Of a DNA stretch of 64,000 nucleotides, positions 19,445-29,092 are shown piece after piece (the stretch's first letter is position 1; every line of letters starts with the position of its first letter). The stretch comes from Alteromonas naphthalenivorans. Its GTDB lineage: Bacteria > Babelota > Babeliae > Babelales > CAIQNR01. The notes under the pieces are model-generated. The model saw only the letters and a list, made by a program, of their open reading frames with translations. It was not told where the DNA came from and made no database searches. The stretch is from the NCBI GenBank assembly GCA_047631715.1, contig JBLICC010000001.1, forward strand, positions 1-64,000. Reading direction: 5' to 3'. Made by a program: the position numbers and the translations under genes.

Positions 19445-20239
19445 ATGTTTAATATTAAAAAAATAAACCTATGCGCTTTGTTGTTATTGCCTGTTTCACT
19501 GTTTACAGTAAGTATTGTTGAGTATAAGCCTGAGTACAAAGATGCTGTTATTGAAATTTCATTGCAAAATAAAGATACATTATTTTCTGATTCTGGCTTA
19601 GAAAAAAAAGTAAGTTATGCATTTGCTGGTTTAGGAGTAGCAACGGGTTTAGTTGGTCGTCAATTTTCAAACTCTATAGTTCGTAATGCTTTCTATGTTG
19701 GAGCTGCTGGTTATGCTTTGGTAAGTGGAGTAATACGTTTAGACAGTGCTTTTGATTTTTCAAAGAAAAAAGAACGCATGGTTGAAGCTATGTTGCAAGA
19801 TGATTCAAAAAATAAATCTATACTTGTAGATAGTCAGGATAAAGTTATTGGTTTTGTGGTTACATATAAAGATAAAGAATCTACTTTAGAAGATATACGA
19901 AAAAAATATGCATTTAGTAATGAGCGTGTAGATGCCGCAACTTTAAGACAAGCATTTCCTGATGCTAAAGAAACAGAAGAAGAATGCAAAGAATATTCTA
20001 AAATTGAATGTCTTGCTATTGATAAAGATCAGAGACGTAAAGGTTTTGGTAAATTATTGATGAATAGTGGTATTCATAAAGCTCAAGAAGAAAATGCATC
20101 ATGGGCAGAACTCGATGTTGCTTCTCATAATAAATCAGCAATTGCTCTTTACGAAAAAATTGGCTTTACGCGTTCAGAAGTTCAGCCTAATGGTTTTGGT
20201 TTGTTGGGAATAGTTCAATATCGTAAAGCATTAAGTTAA
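19445..20239 (+). CDS. Secreted GNAT N-acetyltransferase
   Basis: LAIDKDQRRKGFGKLL acetyl-CoA motif, NKSAIALYEKIGF; signal peptide. Confidence 0.85.
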   Translation: MFNIKKINLCALLLLPVSLFTVSIVEYKPEYKDAVIEISLQNKDTLFSDSGLEKKVSYAFAGLGVATGLVGRQFSNSIVRNAFYVGAAGYALVSGVIRLDSAFDFSKKKERMVEAMLQDDSKNKSILVDSQDKVIGFVVTYKDKESTLEDIRKKYAFSNERVDAATLRQAFPDAKETEEECKEYSKIECLAIDKDQRRKGFGKLLMNSGIHKAQEENASWAELDVASHNKSAIALYEKIGFTRSEVQPNGFGLLGIVQYRKALS

Positions 20240-20241
20240 AT

Positions 20242-20293
20242 ATAAAAAGTAAGCAAAAAAAAAGACTCAGATTAAATCCGAGTCTTTTTTTTT
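20242..20293 (+). terminator. Intrinsic terminator, copy 2 of the 52-bp exact repeat
   Basis: Identical to 19275..19326. Confidence 0.8.
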
Positions 20294-20302
20294 ATACTTC
20301 GA

Positions 20303-20340
20303 TCCTTCGATACAATTCCTAACGGAATCACTCAGGATGA
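20303..20340 (-). repeat. REP-like half element
   Basis: TCCTTCGATACAATTCCTAACGGAATCACTCAGGATGA. Confidence 0.75.
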
Positions 20341-20371
20341 TTCGAAATAGTATTTACTTTATAATTTGTGT

Positions 20372-20893
20372 TTACTTAATAGCTAAAAGTTCAACATCAA
20401 AAATTAAATCTGCATTTGGTGGAATTGCTCCGCCTGCACCACGTGAACCGTAGCCAAGAGATGATGGAAGATAGATACGACGTTTTTCGCCAGTCTTCAT
20501 ATCTGCAACTGCTTCGTCCCAACCTTTAATTACATAGCCCATGCCAACAGGAAATTCAAATGGAGTGCCACGATCTACAGAACTATCGAATTTAGAACCT
20601 GGTTGTCCGTTAACATTAAGCCACCCAGTGTAGTGTACTTGTACAGTTTGCCCTGCAGTTGGCTGTTTAGCGTCAGCAGCAGCTGGTGCTGTAATAATCT
20701 CATATCCAAGGCCAGAGTCTGTTGTTTTTCTAGTAGTAGTAGTAGCAGTCTTGGTTGATTTTGTTTCTTCTGACATTTTATTCTCTTTCTTTCCGTATAA
20801 ATAAACGCTTCCGGCCCCCGCGAGCACACAAAGAAGTGTAATAATATATTTGTTAGCCATGGTCTCTTTTTTAGTTTTGATTTTCATTGCCAT
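20372..20893 (-). CDS. FKBP-type peptidyl-prolyl cis-trans isomerase with N-terminal membrane anchor
   Basis: VHYTGWL, KFDSSVDRG, VIKGWDE, LGYG, IPPNADLIFDVELL; AGGAG RBS before 20893. Confidence 0.93.
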   Translation of the reverse strand: MAMKIKTKKETMANKYIITLLCVLAGAGSVYLYGKKENKMSEETKSTKTATTTTRKTTDSGLGYEIITAPAAADAKQPTAGQTVQVHYTGWLNVNGQPGSKFDSSVDRGTPFEFPVGMGYVIKGWDEAVADMKTGEKRRIYLPSSLGYGSRGAGGAIPPNADLIFDVELLAIK

Positions 20894-21084
20894 TTTTAGC
20901 TCCTTTTTTAAACAGCATACATAATTAACTTCTTCTTAAATGGTACCTGTTTTTATAAAAAATACGAGCTTTAATATAAGGGGAGAGCTTAAAGAGTATT
21001 TAAGGGGGGCTTTTGACTATGGGCTTTAGGATAGTATATTGAGTATGGATGGTTTAGGTTATATGTTCTTAAAATGGGGTTTTT

Positions 21085-22806
21085 ATGCTTAAAAAATATA
21101 AAATATTATTATTACATTTCTTTGTTTTGCCGATTTTTGCATCAGAATGTTTGTATAGCGATAAAGTTCGCGATCAAATTGTGCAGATTGTAAAAAATCG
21201 AGAGCAAGGATATTCCGCTTATTATATTACGGATGTTGCAAGAAAAAATTATGTTAATTTTTGTAAAGAAGCTCAGCAATCTGTTGACGCTATTAGGTTT
21301 CTTGTAAATGAAAAACAAAAAAAATGGTGTTCTTTGAATCAAAATAGTAATTATGCTACTGAAATTTTGAGTTTTATTTATGGAAAAAATCCATCATTAA
21401 GATTTCTTGCAGATTATTATGAGAATCCTGAACATAGTTTTTCAAAAAAAATATTTGAACAGATGTCTTCAAAACAATTTACAACAAATACATTACGTCA
21501 TTTGGCTGCATCTATAACTGAAACACCAGATAAAATTCCTAAAAAAATTATTAGTGCTCTATCAAAGGCTCATGAAAAAGAAGAAGAGCTTATTAAAGAG
21601 GGATATGTAGTATTTTATCATGGACAATTTAATAAATGGGGTTTTGTTCAGGAATTTACACGTATGTTGATCAATGCTTTGCATGAAAAGAACTATATAC
21701 AAAAAGCTTTACCAAAAGATTTTTTCTTTATTCAAAACTTTCCAACTCTTAATGACGCGCTTGATCGAGGACTGTCTAATACTATTTTGGAACAAGAAAA
21801 AAAAATACGTCTAGATACTCTTAGACAGGGGTGGACGTATAATGCAAATACGTACAATTTGTACACTAATATGTTTTTATTTGGAAATTCTCATAATTTA
21901 GGAAGCTGCACATGGCAGTATGTTGAAAGAAACACTAATATTAATACAGGAAATGAAGTTGATCTTACTCGAGAAGTATTTGAAAATTTAGGTGTAAAAA
22001 AAACTGACTATGAACTATTTGTAGATTCTTTTAATACATTACTTTTAAAATATAAAAATTGTTTTCAAGCTGGTCGATTGCTTCAAGTTGCTATTCCAAA
22101 AGATAAAGTGGATGAGTGTGTTTATTTTGGTCATCAAGGTAAATCGTATACAAAAAACGGTAAGCCAGTTACGAAAGTAACAGATCTGTTAACTCATTTA
22201 AAATCTGGTGATGATAAAGTAATGCAAAATGGGGGATATGGCGAACTTGAGTATGTTATTCCATTAACTAAGGATATTATGCTTAATCCAGATTCTGGAG
22301 TTAAGGTGTTTGCTTATGGTGCGGGTATAAAAAATCAGAAAAAATACAATGCTATTCTAAAAGAAATGGAGCAACTAGCAGAAGATATTGTTTATAGTAT
22401 GTGGGTTGCTAAAAGCGGTTCTTTTTTTAGCAAATATTATTCACTGCTTTCAAATACGCTTTCTCGTGCAAAATCAAAAACTAAACAAGGTATTAAAACA
22501 GTGGCAGCAAAGAGCGTAGAATGGCCCTTGTATGGAACATTTAAAGTGTTAGATTGTGCATCTGTTCCTGCAGATGTCTTATCAGAGTTTTTGAGAAGAC
22601 ATTATGATGATAATTATTATTATTATAATTATCATTATCATAATCAAACCACATTGCAAGTCGTTAAAAAAAAAATAGCAGTAGCTGTATGGTGCAGTAT
22701 GAGGATGGGTGTAGGTTTAGTTGAATTGCCCGGAAATATAACTCGAGATTGTACTGGTCTTCTTTACGAAAAAGTGAGCGGTCAAAAGCCTCATTATTTT
22801 AGATAG
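21085..22806 (+). CDS. Hypothetical secreted protein, possible ADP-ribosyltransferase fold
   Basis: Signal peptide; VFYHG, LYTN, GRLLQVAIP, ELEYVI motifs in ART-like order. Confidence 0.6.
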   Translation: MLKKYKILLLHFFVLPIFASECLYSDKVRDQIVQIVKNREQGYSAYYITDVARKNYVNFCKEAQQSVDAIRFLVNEKQKKWCSLNQNSNYATEILSFIYGKNPSLRFLADYYENPEHSFSKKIFEQMSSKQFTTNTLRHLAASITETPDKIPKKIISALSKAHEKEEELIKEGYVVFYHGQFNKWGFVQEFTRMLINALHEKNYIQKALPKDFFFIQNFPTLNDALDRGLSNTILEQEKKIRLDTLRQGWTYNANTYNLYTNMFLFGNSHNLGSCTWQYVERNTNINTGNEVDLTREVFENLGVKKTDYELFVDSFNTLLLKYKNCFQAGRLLQVAIPKDKVDECVYFGHQGKSYTKNGKPVTKVTDLLTHLKSGDDKVMQNGGYGELEYVIPLTKDIMLNPDSGVKVFAYGAGIKNQKKYNAILKEMEQLAEDIVYSMWVAKSGSFFSKYYSLLSNTLSRAKSKTKQGIKTVAAKSVEWPLYGTFKVLDCASVPADVLSEFLRRHYDDNYYYYNYHYHNQTTLQVVKKKIAVAVWCSMRMGVGLVELPGNITRDCTGLLYEKVSGQKPHYFR

Positions 22807-22917
22807 TTGTCCATTTATTCAAAAAATAATACGGGCTTCGGTTGCACTTTATGCTTTGATCCGTTATAACAGAACATAGAGAGGGCAATAAATCTATTAG
22901 GAAAGGGCTTAACTGCG

Positions 22918-24648
22918 ATGATTGGATATATTTTTTCGATATTAATGGCAAGTTGTTGGACAACTACTTTATGGGGCCAAAAGCATCCATATAGCATTCC
23001 TCAGAGCGTTTTTTTGCAAGCGGGGCTCAATACATCGTTTGTAGCAAAATTTGCTTTATTTATTGGAATTTTGCTTGCGGGTACTATTATTGTTGGTAAG
23101 TTACTTAAATATACGTTGCGTATTCCTATTATTGCAGGGGAAATTTTAGGTGGTATTGTTTTGGGACCATCCCTTATTAATATTGCTCAATTGCCGATTT
23201 TTGCACATCCATTTGTTGTAGCCGATACTGTTTCTCAAAAATTATATACTTTAATACCGTCTGACTTATATGTCTTTTTTGTATTATTGTTATCTGCTGC
23301 TTTAACTGTTTCTTATCTTTTATGGCTTGCTGGATACGAAACAAATTTAAAAGATCTTATTAAAGTAGGGGCCACTGCAGTTGCCGCAGGAACATTAGGA
23401 GCTTTTATTCCTATTGGTTTAATTGGTGGGTTCTTATATTACTTCTTACCGCATACTTATGGTTTGGTGAGTGCGATTGGAATTGGGTTAATTTTTGCAG
23501 CAACGAGTGTTTCTATTCCGGTGGCCATGCTGGTGTCATCAAATAAAATGCATTTAAAAAGTTCTCAAGCAACATTAGGTGCAGCAATTATCGATGATAT
23601 TGTAGCTGTTGTTATGGTATCTGTTTTTATGATGAGTGTGCAAACAGGAGTGTTTGGTAAAGTTCCTGGGTTATCTCATCATGTATTGCAAAGTATGCAT
23701 TCAGCAAGTTTGATGCATTCTCTGATATATATGGCTTTATGTTCTCTTGTTATTTTAGCATTTGGATTTTTCTTTATTCCGCTTGCATTAGATCAAATAA
23801 GGATACGAAAACTTAATCATTTAATGGCTCCAGCAGCTTGTATAATTATGTTGTTCTATTTTGCATTCGTAGAATTGGTAGGTGGACTTGCGGGTATTAC
23901 AGGTGCTTATTTTGCAGGGCTTTTTCATAGGACCGGAGATAAAGAGCATACGGCAGAGCGCGTGGCGGCACCGTTTGTGAATGGTATTTTATTACCTCTC
24001 TTTTTAGGATCTATTGGGTTGCAAATTGATATAAGCGTATTGAGCATGCAGGAATGGAAATTGGTAGGAATACTTTTAGTACTTGCTATTATCTCTAAAT
24101 TATTTGCATGTTATGTTGCTACTCAAATGAGTAATCTTTCTGGTAGAAGAAGAGAAAATGACTGGAAGCCTATAGAAATTTATCTTTTTGGATCTTCTAT
24201 GGTGGCACGTGGAGAAGTTGGCCTGGTGATTGCTACAATCTTGCGAGGAGCTTCTTTGCTGACTCCTCAAAGCTATGTGCTCTGTGTTGTGGTTATTGTA
24301 CTTACTACGATTGCTACGCCTATTATGCTTTCTATCGGATTTGCTTATGCCGATCAAGAAGATCAGAAAAAACATTATAAATTGAATATTGGTCGATTTA
24401 AGGCTATGGGTACTGAGGGTATGTTTGATATCATTGCTCGGGTACTTGAAAAAGAAAAAAAATTGAATACAACAGTGACAATTAGTGAAGGTCGACAAAT
24501 TATCGACCTTGAAGAGCATAAAATTACTATTTTCTTATTGCCTTCGAAAGGGATTATTTTTGAGGGAGATCAAGCTAAAATACAAGAGCTTGTTGCTGAA
24601 ATTAAGCACGATCTTAGACTCGAGATTGAACACATTAAAGAATCTTAG
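22918..24648 (+). CDS. Cation:proton antiporter (CPA2/KefB-like)
   Basis: GEILGGIVLGPS, AATSVSI, GAAIIDDI, MVARGEVGLVIA; multiple TM helices. Confidence 0.9.
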   Translation: MIGYIFSILMASCWTTTLWGQKHPYSIPQSVFLQAGLNTSFVAKFALFIGILLAGTIIVGKLLKYTLRIPIIAGEILGGIVLGPSLINIAQLPIFAHPFVVADTVSQKLYTLIPSDLYVFFVLLLSAALTVSYLLWLAGYETNLKDLIKVGATAVAAGTLGAFIPIGLIGGFLYYFLPHTYGLVSAIGIGLIFAATSVSIPVAMLVSSNKMHLKSSQATLGAAIIDDIVAVVMVSVFMMSVQTGVFGKVPGLSHHVLQSMHSASLMHSLIYMALCSLVILAFGFFFIPLALDQIRIRKLNHLMAPAACIIMLFYFAFVELVGGLAGITGAYFAGLFHRTGDKEHTAERVAAPFVNGILLPLFLGSIGLQIDISVLSMQEWKLVGILLVLAIISKLFACYVATQMSNLSGRRRENDWKPIEIYLFGSSMVARGEVGLVIATILRGASLLTPQSYVLCVVVIVLTTIATPIMLSIGFAYADQEDQKKHYKLNIGRFKAMGTEGMFDIIARVLEKEKKLNTTVTISEGRQIIDLEEHKITIFLLPSKGIIFEGDQAKIQELVAEIKHDLRLEIEHIKES

Positions 24649-24734
24649 TGGTTGAGCTTTACAAAAAGCCGCATTTAGAGGATAATAAGAGAGGTTAATA
24701 GCGTTATATTAGAAGTCTGTCCGTAGCAAAAGGA

Positions 24735-24956
24735 ATGCTTGTGAAGAAGGGTATCCATCCTGAGTTATTTGAGGTAACTGTTCATTGTACGTGTGGTAAC
24801 GAGTTTAAGACCCGTTCTGCAATCAAAGAAATCCGTGCGACATTGTGTTCTGCATGCCATCCATTTTATACTGGACAGCAAAAATTTGTAGATACAGCGG
24901 GTCGTATTGAAAAATTTGAAAAACGTTATAAAACCGATAAATCAGTAAAGAAATAA
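24735..24956 (+). CDS. rpmE: 50S ribosomal protein L31 (Zn-binding type)
   Basis: [34 protein letters not shown]; true start may be GTG at 24741. Confidence 0.96.
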   Translation: MLVKKGIHPELFEVTVHCTCGNEFKTRSAIKEIRATLCSACHPFYTGQQKFVDTAGRIEKFEKRYKTDKSVKK

Positions 24957-24980
24957 ATACATTATTGTTGAGGGTGTTGC

Positions 24981-26048
24981 ATGGCTGTTAAGTGGGATGC
25001 CATTCAGGCACGGTTTGATGAATTAGCAGAAAAACTTTCGGGTTTGGTTGATTCAAAAGAGCGTCCCAAAATTCAGAAAGAACATTCACAGTTATTTTCT
25101 CTTTTAGAAAAGCATCGAGCTGTTGAAGTCGTTGAAAAAGAGATTACTGACACTAAAACGCAATCAGTTGAAAATACTGATCAAGAGATGCAAGAGCTCT
25201 ATGAATTAGAGCTCGAAGATCTTCAAGGTCAAAAAAATTATCTTAAGTCTGAACTTGATAATGTAATGTTTCCTCCTAATCCTTTTGATAAAAAAGATGT
25301 GTTTCTTGAAGTCCGTGCGGGTGCGGGTGGAAAAGAAGCAGCTTTGTTTGCTGGTGATTTACTTAAAATGTATACCAACTACGCATTGTCTAAGGGATGG
25401 CGTGCAGAGATTGCAAGTTTACATCAAACTGATCTTGGTGGAATTAAAGAAGTTGTTTTAAATATTCAAGGTCGTAATATTTACGGATATTTAAAGTTTG
25501 AATCTGGAGTTCATCGTGTGCAACGTGTTCCAGAGACAGAGTCTGCGGGTCGAGTGCATACATCAACAGCAACCGTTGCGGTATTGCCAGAAGTTGATGA
25601 AGTAGATGTTACTATCTCTCCAGATCAATTACGTATTGATGTGTATCGTGCGAGTGGTGCTGGTGGACAACATGTTAACACTACTGATTCAGCAGTGCGT
25701 ATTACTCATCTTCCATCGGGGGTTGTGGTAACGTGTCAAGATGAACGATCTCAGCATAAGAATAAAGCAAAAGCTATGAAGATGCTTCGTTCTCGTCTTG
25801 TAACAGCACATCAAGAAAAAAAAGATTCAGAAATGTCTGAGCAACGTAGAGAGTTGGTTGGTACTGGTATGCGAGCAGAAAAAGTTCGTACCTATAACTA
25901 TCCTCAAAATAGAATCACTGACCATCAAGTTGGTTTAACACTCAAGAAGCTTGATGTTATTATGACTGGTCAGCTCGATGAGATTGTTGTTGCGCTCCAA
26001 GAGCACGATAAAGAAGAGCGTCGTAAGAAGCCTTTTAAATTTTCATAA
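24981..26048 (+). CDS. prfA: Peptide chain release factor 1
   Basis: PxT motif (VPET), GAGGQHVN, RTYNYPQNRITDH. Confidence 0.97.
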   Translation: MAVKWDAIQARFDELAEKLSGLVDSKERPKIQKEHSQLFSLLEKHRAVEVVEKEITDTKTQSVENTDQEMQELYELELEDLQGQKNYLKSELDNVMFPPNPFDKKDVFLEVRAGAGGKEAALFAGDLLKMYTNYALSKGWRAEIASLHQTDLGGIKEVVLNIQGRNIYGYLKFESGVHRVQRVPETESAGRVHTSTATVAVLPEVDEVDVTISPDQLRIDVYRASGAGGQHVNTTDSAVRITHLPSGVVVTCQDERSQHKNKAKAMKMLRSRLVTAHQEKKDSEMSEQRRELVGTGMRAEKVRTYNYPQNRITDHQVGLTLKKLDVIMTGQLDEIVVALQEHDKEERRKKPFKFS

Positions 26049-26149
26049 TATTTTTTAGTTTGACACTCGTTTGAGCTCTTGGCATACTCCCAAATAGGTT
26101 TATGATTTGTATAAGCAAAGTTAAAATATCATTAAATTAAGGGAAGATT

Positions 26150-26473
26150 ATGAACAAGTCTGTAAAAGTTTTATCATTAGCATTATTATTGAGCGCGTCT
26201 TTTGTTGTAGCAGAAGAAGTTTCTACAGAAACAACAAAAACAGTTGAAGTTGTTAAAGAAACTGAGTGCCCAAAAAAAGCATTTAAAGATGCAGCAAAAA
26301 TGCATGCTCAATCAACTGGAGAAGATACTTTAGAAATTTCAGATGAAGATGTTGATGCATTTTTTAAAGATCTAAAAGAAGATACTGAGTTTTCAAAAGA
26401 AGCTATCGAAACATTTGTTGCAAAGCTTGCTGCAGCTTCAAAAGATAAAAAAGATAAAGAAGAAGCAGTATAA
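26150..26473 (+). CDS. Small acidic secreted hypothetical protein
   Basis: Signal peptide ending VVA; Glu/Lys-rich; followed by a hairpin-polyT terminator at about 26497-26527. Confidence 0.75.
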   Translation: MNKSVKVLSLALLLSASFVVAEEVSTETTKTVEVVKETECPKKAFKDAAKMHAQSTGEDTLEISDEDVDAFFKDLKEDTEFSKEAIETFVAKLAAASKDKKDKEEAV

Positions 26474-26620
26474 CTTTTTTATTTTTTAGTAATTTTAAAG
26501 GGGTGCTTTCTTGCATCCCTTTTTTTATAAAAATCAAGTCCTGTATTTTATTTTTTTTTCCGTATACTAGTGACATGTCGTTAATTACTTTCTTATATAA
26601 TTCTTTTTAAAAGGGCTTGT

Positions 26621-27874
26621 ATGTCACTTTATTCGTACTTACTTGAGTACAATCGTTATCTTAATCTTGTAGGCATCGCAGTTATTATTGGTATTGCGTA
26701 TGTTTGTTCGCGTCACAAGAAAAAAATTAATCATAAATTGGTTCGCAATGCACTTGCTATGCAATTTGTAATCGCATTTCTTGCACTTAAAACAAGTGGT
26801 GGCCAATACTTTTTACAAGCACTTTCTAATGGCGTTGGCTATTTGTATAAATATGCTTCAGAAGGTATAAACTTTTTGTTTGGTAATTTGGCAAATGGAG
26901 CACAGACTCCATGGGGTGTTGTTTTTGCAATTCAAATTTTGCCTATGATTATTTTCTTTGGTGCGTTTACGGCATTGCTTTTTCATCTTGGCGTTGTACA
27001 ACGTATTGTGGGCGGTCTTGGTATAGTGGTACGGCCTATTTTGGGAACTACTGGCGCAGAAACTTTGTGCGCAATTTCTAATAGCTTTTTGGGACAAACA
27101 GAAGCACCATTGCTTATTCGTAACTATTTAAAAAATATGACCAAGTCTGAGCTACTTGTTGTTATGGTTAGTGGTATGGGAACAATCAGTGGTTCTATCT
27201 TAGCTATTTATGCATCGATGGGTGCGCCGATTAAGTCGTTATTAACAGCAAGTGTTATGGCTATTCCTGCAACAATTATGATTGCAAAAATTTTATTGCC
27301 AGAAACAGAAGATGTTGAAAAAGAAGATGGCAAAGTATCATTTGAACACAGTTCATCAAATGTATTTGATGCAATTGCTACAGGTACATCGGATGGTTTA
27401 CAGTTAGCGCTTAATGTGGGTGCTATGTTGTTAGCCTTTATAGCGCTGATGGCTATGTTAAATGGCATTCTTGGTGGAACATGTACGTATCTTAATTCTT
27501 ATGGTTTTAACGTGCCGTGTCTTACGCTCGATGTTGTTTTTGCAAAGTTGTTTTATCCGTTTGCTTATCTACTTGGTTTTACTGGTACTGATGCAACTCA
27601 AGTGGCAGAATTATTAGGAACCAAAGTTGCTATTAATGAGTTTCTAGCATATTACAAAATGGTTGATATGCATTTGCCAGCACGAGTGCAAGAACTTACA
27701 ACCTATGCATTGTGTGGTTTTTCTAATTTCTCATGCATAGGTATTCAGGTTGGTGGTATTGGTGCGCTTGTTCCAGAAAAACGTCAATGGCTTACCGAGC
27801 TTGGTTTAACCGCTGTTCTTGGTGGCGCACTCTCTAACTTGCTGACAGCGATGGTTGCAGGGTTATTTATTTAA
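26621..27874 (+). CDS. nupC: Concentrative nucleoside transporter (NupC/CNT family)
   Basis: FLGQTEAPL, GTKVAINEF, CGFSNFS motifs. Confidence 0.93.
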   Translation: MSLYSYLLEYNRYLNLVGIAVIIGIAYVCSRHKKKINHKLVRNALAMQFVIAFLALKTSGGQYFLQALSNGVGYLYKYASEGINFLFGNLANGAQTPWGVVFAIQILPMIIFFGAFTALLFHLGVVQRIVGGLGIVVRPILGTTGAETLCAISNSFLGQTEAPLLIRNYLKNMTKSELLVVMVSGMGTISGSILAIYASMGAPIKSLLTASVMAIPATIMIAKILLPETEDVEKEDGKVSFEHSSSNVFDAIATGTSDGLQLALNVGAMLLAFIALMAMLNGILGGTCTYLNSYGFNVPCLTLDVVFAKLFYPFAYLLGFTGTDATQVAELLGTKVAINEFLAYYKMVDMHLPARVQELTTYALCGFSNFSCIGIQVGGIGALVPEKRQWLTELGLTAVLGGALSNLLTAMVAGLFI

Positions 27875-27881
27875 AGGATGG

Positions 27882-27926
27882 TCCTTCGATACAACTCTCG
27901 ACTTTGTCTCGAGCCACTCAGGATGA
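27882..27926 (-). repeat. REP-like half element
   Basis: TCCTTCGATACAA...CACTCAGGATGA with a different internal hairpin (CTCGA..TCGAG). Confidence 0.7.
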
Positions 27927-27995
27927 TTGATTTGTAAGTTAAAAAAAGGCCGTCCGGTAAAGGACGGCTCTTCATGTTATGGTGGATGACTTTAA

Positions 27996-29033
27996 TTACA
28001 TTGGTACTAGGTCATTAGCTTGTGTAATAACAAAGCTATTATGAGCACTAGGATTATTAATAGTTCTAAGCGTTATGTTGTTTGTACCAGGAGTAAGAAG
28101 TTGTATTCTTTGAGGGGTTATTTCTGTAACATTTGAACCATCATTTGCATTTAAGCGAGCAAGCGTTGGTATTTCTATAAGATGAGTGGTTAAGGGGTCT
28201 AGAGTTTTACTTATAGTAATATTTTCTGTTCCTCCAAATACACTTGAAAATAATGTATTACGTGGGATAGTTAATTGTACATATGCTACTTGTTGGTTTG
28301 GTGATCCATTATAAATAAAGATATAATTTTCGTATTGAGGAATAAGCGGTTGAATAACATAACGTCCGGCATTTTGGTTTGCAATAGTAATTGCTTTTAG
28401 GCCGTTGGCAATTGGAATCGGTGTACAATTGTTGGTACTTTGAACAAAAATGTTTACAACGCCTTGAGGAATAATTGCTCGAGTTGCCGTAGTGTTACCA
28501 TCAAGATTTTGTATATTAATTGGTTGATTAGCCGCATTGAGTCCACGAAGTGTAATATCTTGCCCCGTTTGATTAATAACATTAATAGTAGCTGGATTTG
28601 CTGCCGATTGTTGAGGAACACCTACTTGCGCTAGAGCTTGTTGGGGTTGGCCAGGTGCATTTTGTGGTTGCTGCTGTTGAAATTGTGCTACTTGAAATGC
28701 CGGAGCTTGTTGTGGGCGAGCCGCTTGTGCTGCTGCGCGTCTTGTAGCTGCTTGTTGGTTTCGTAATGCAGCTAATGGGTTTACAGGCGTTGGGCGCAGG
28801 CCATTAGGGGTTCCTGGAATGGGAGTACCGAGCACAGGTGGTTGTTGCTGCTGTTCTTGTTGCGCTTGTGCAGGTTCATTTCTTGTAGGATGAGGGCCTC
28901 CAACAAGAGAATGCAAAGGTGTTTGGCGTAGACCATTAGGAGTTCCTGGAATGGGAGTAACCGCTATTGGTTGAGGTTGTGCTGCATAGAGCGCAAGAAT
29001 GATAAAACTGGAAAAAAAAAGTAACCGTTTCAT
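27996..29033 (-). CDS. Secreted protein with a Pro/Gln/Ala-rich disordered N-region and a beta-rich C-region
   Basis: Start MKRLLFF after AGGAG; duplicated TPIPGTPNGLR; poly-Q tracts. Confidence 0.7.
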   Translation of the reverse strand: MKRLLFFSSFIILALYAAQPQPIAVTPIPGTPNGLRQTPLHSLVGGPHPTRNEPAQAQQEQQQQPPVLGTPIPGTPNGLRPTPVNPLAALRNQQAATRRAAAQAARPQQAPAFQVAQFQQQQPQNAPGQPQQALAQVGVPQQSAANPATINVINQTGQDITLRGLNAANQPINIQNLDGNTTATRAIIPQGVVNIFVQSTNNCTPIPIANGLKAITIANQNAGRYVIQPLIPQYENYIFIYNGSPNQQVAYVQLTIPRNTLFSSVFGGTENITISKTLDPLTTHLIEIPTLARLNANDGSNVTEITPQRIQLLTPGTNNITLRTINNPSAHNSFVITQANDLVPM

Positions 29034-29092
29034 AGAATGTCTCCTTTTTATAAACATATCTTTGTATATGTGCCAAAAAAGAGGGGTTAATG

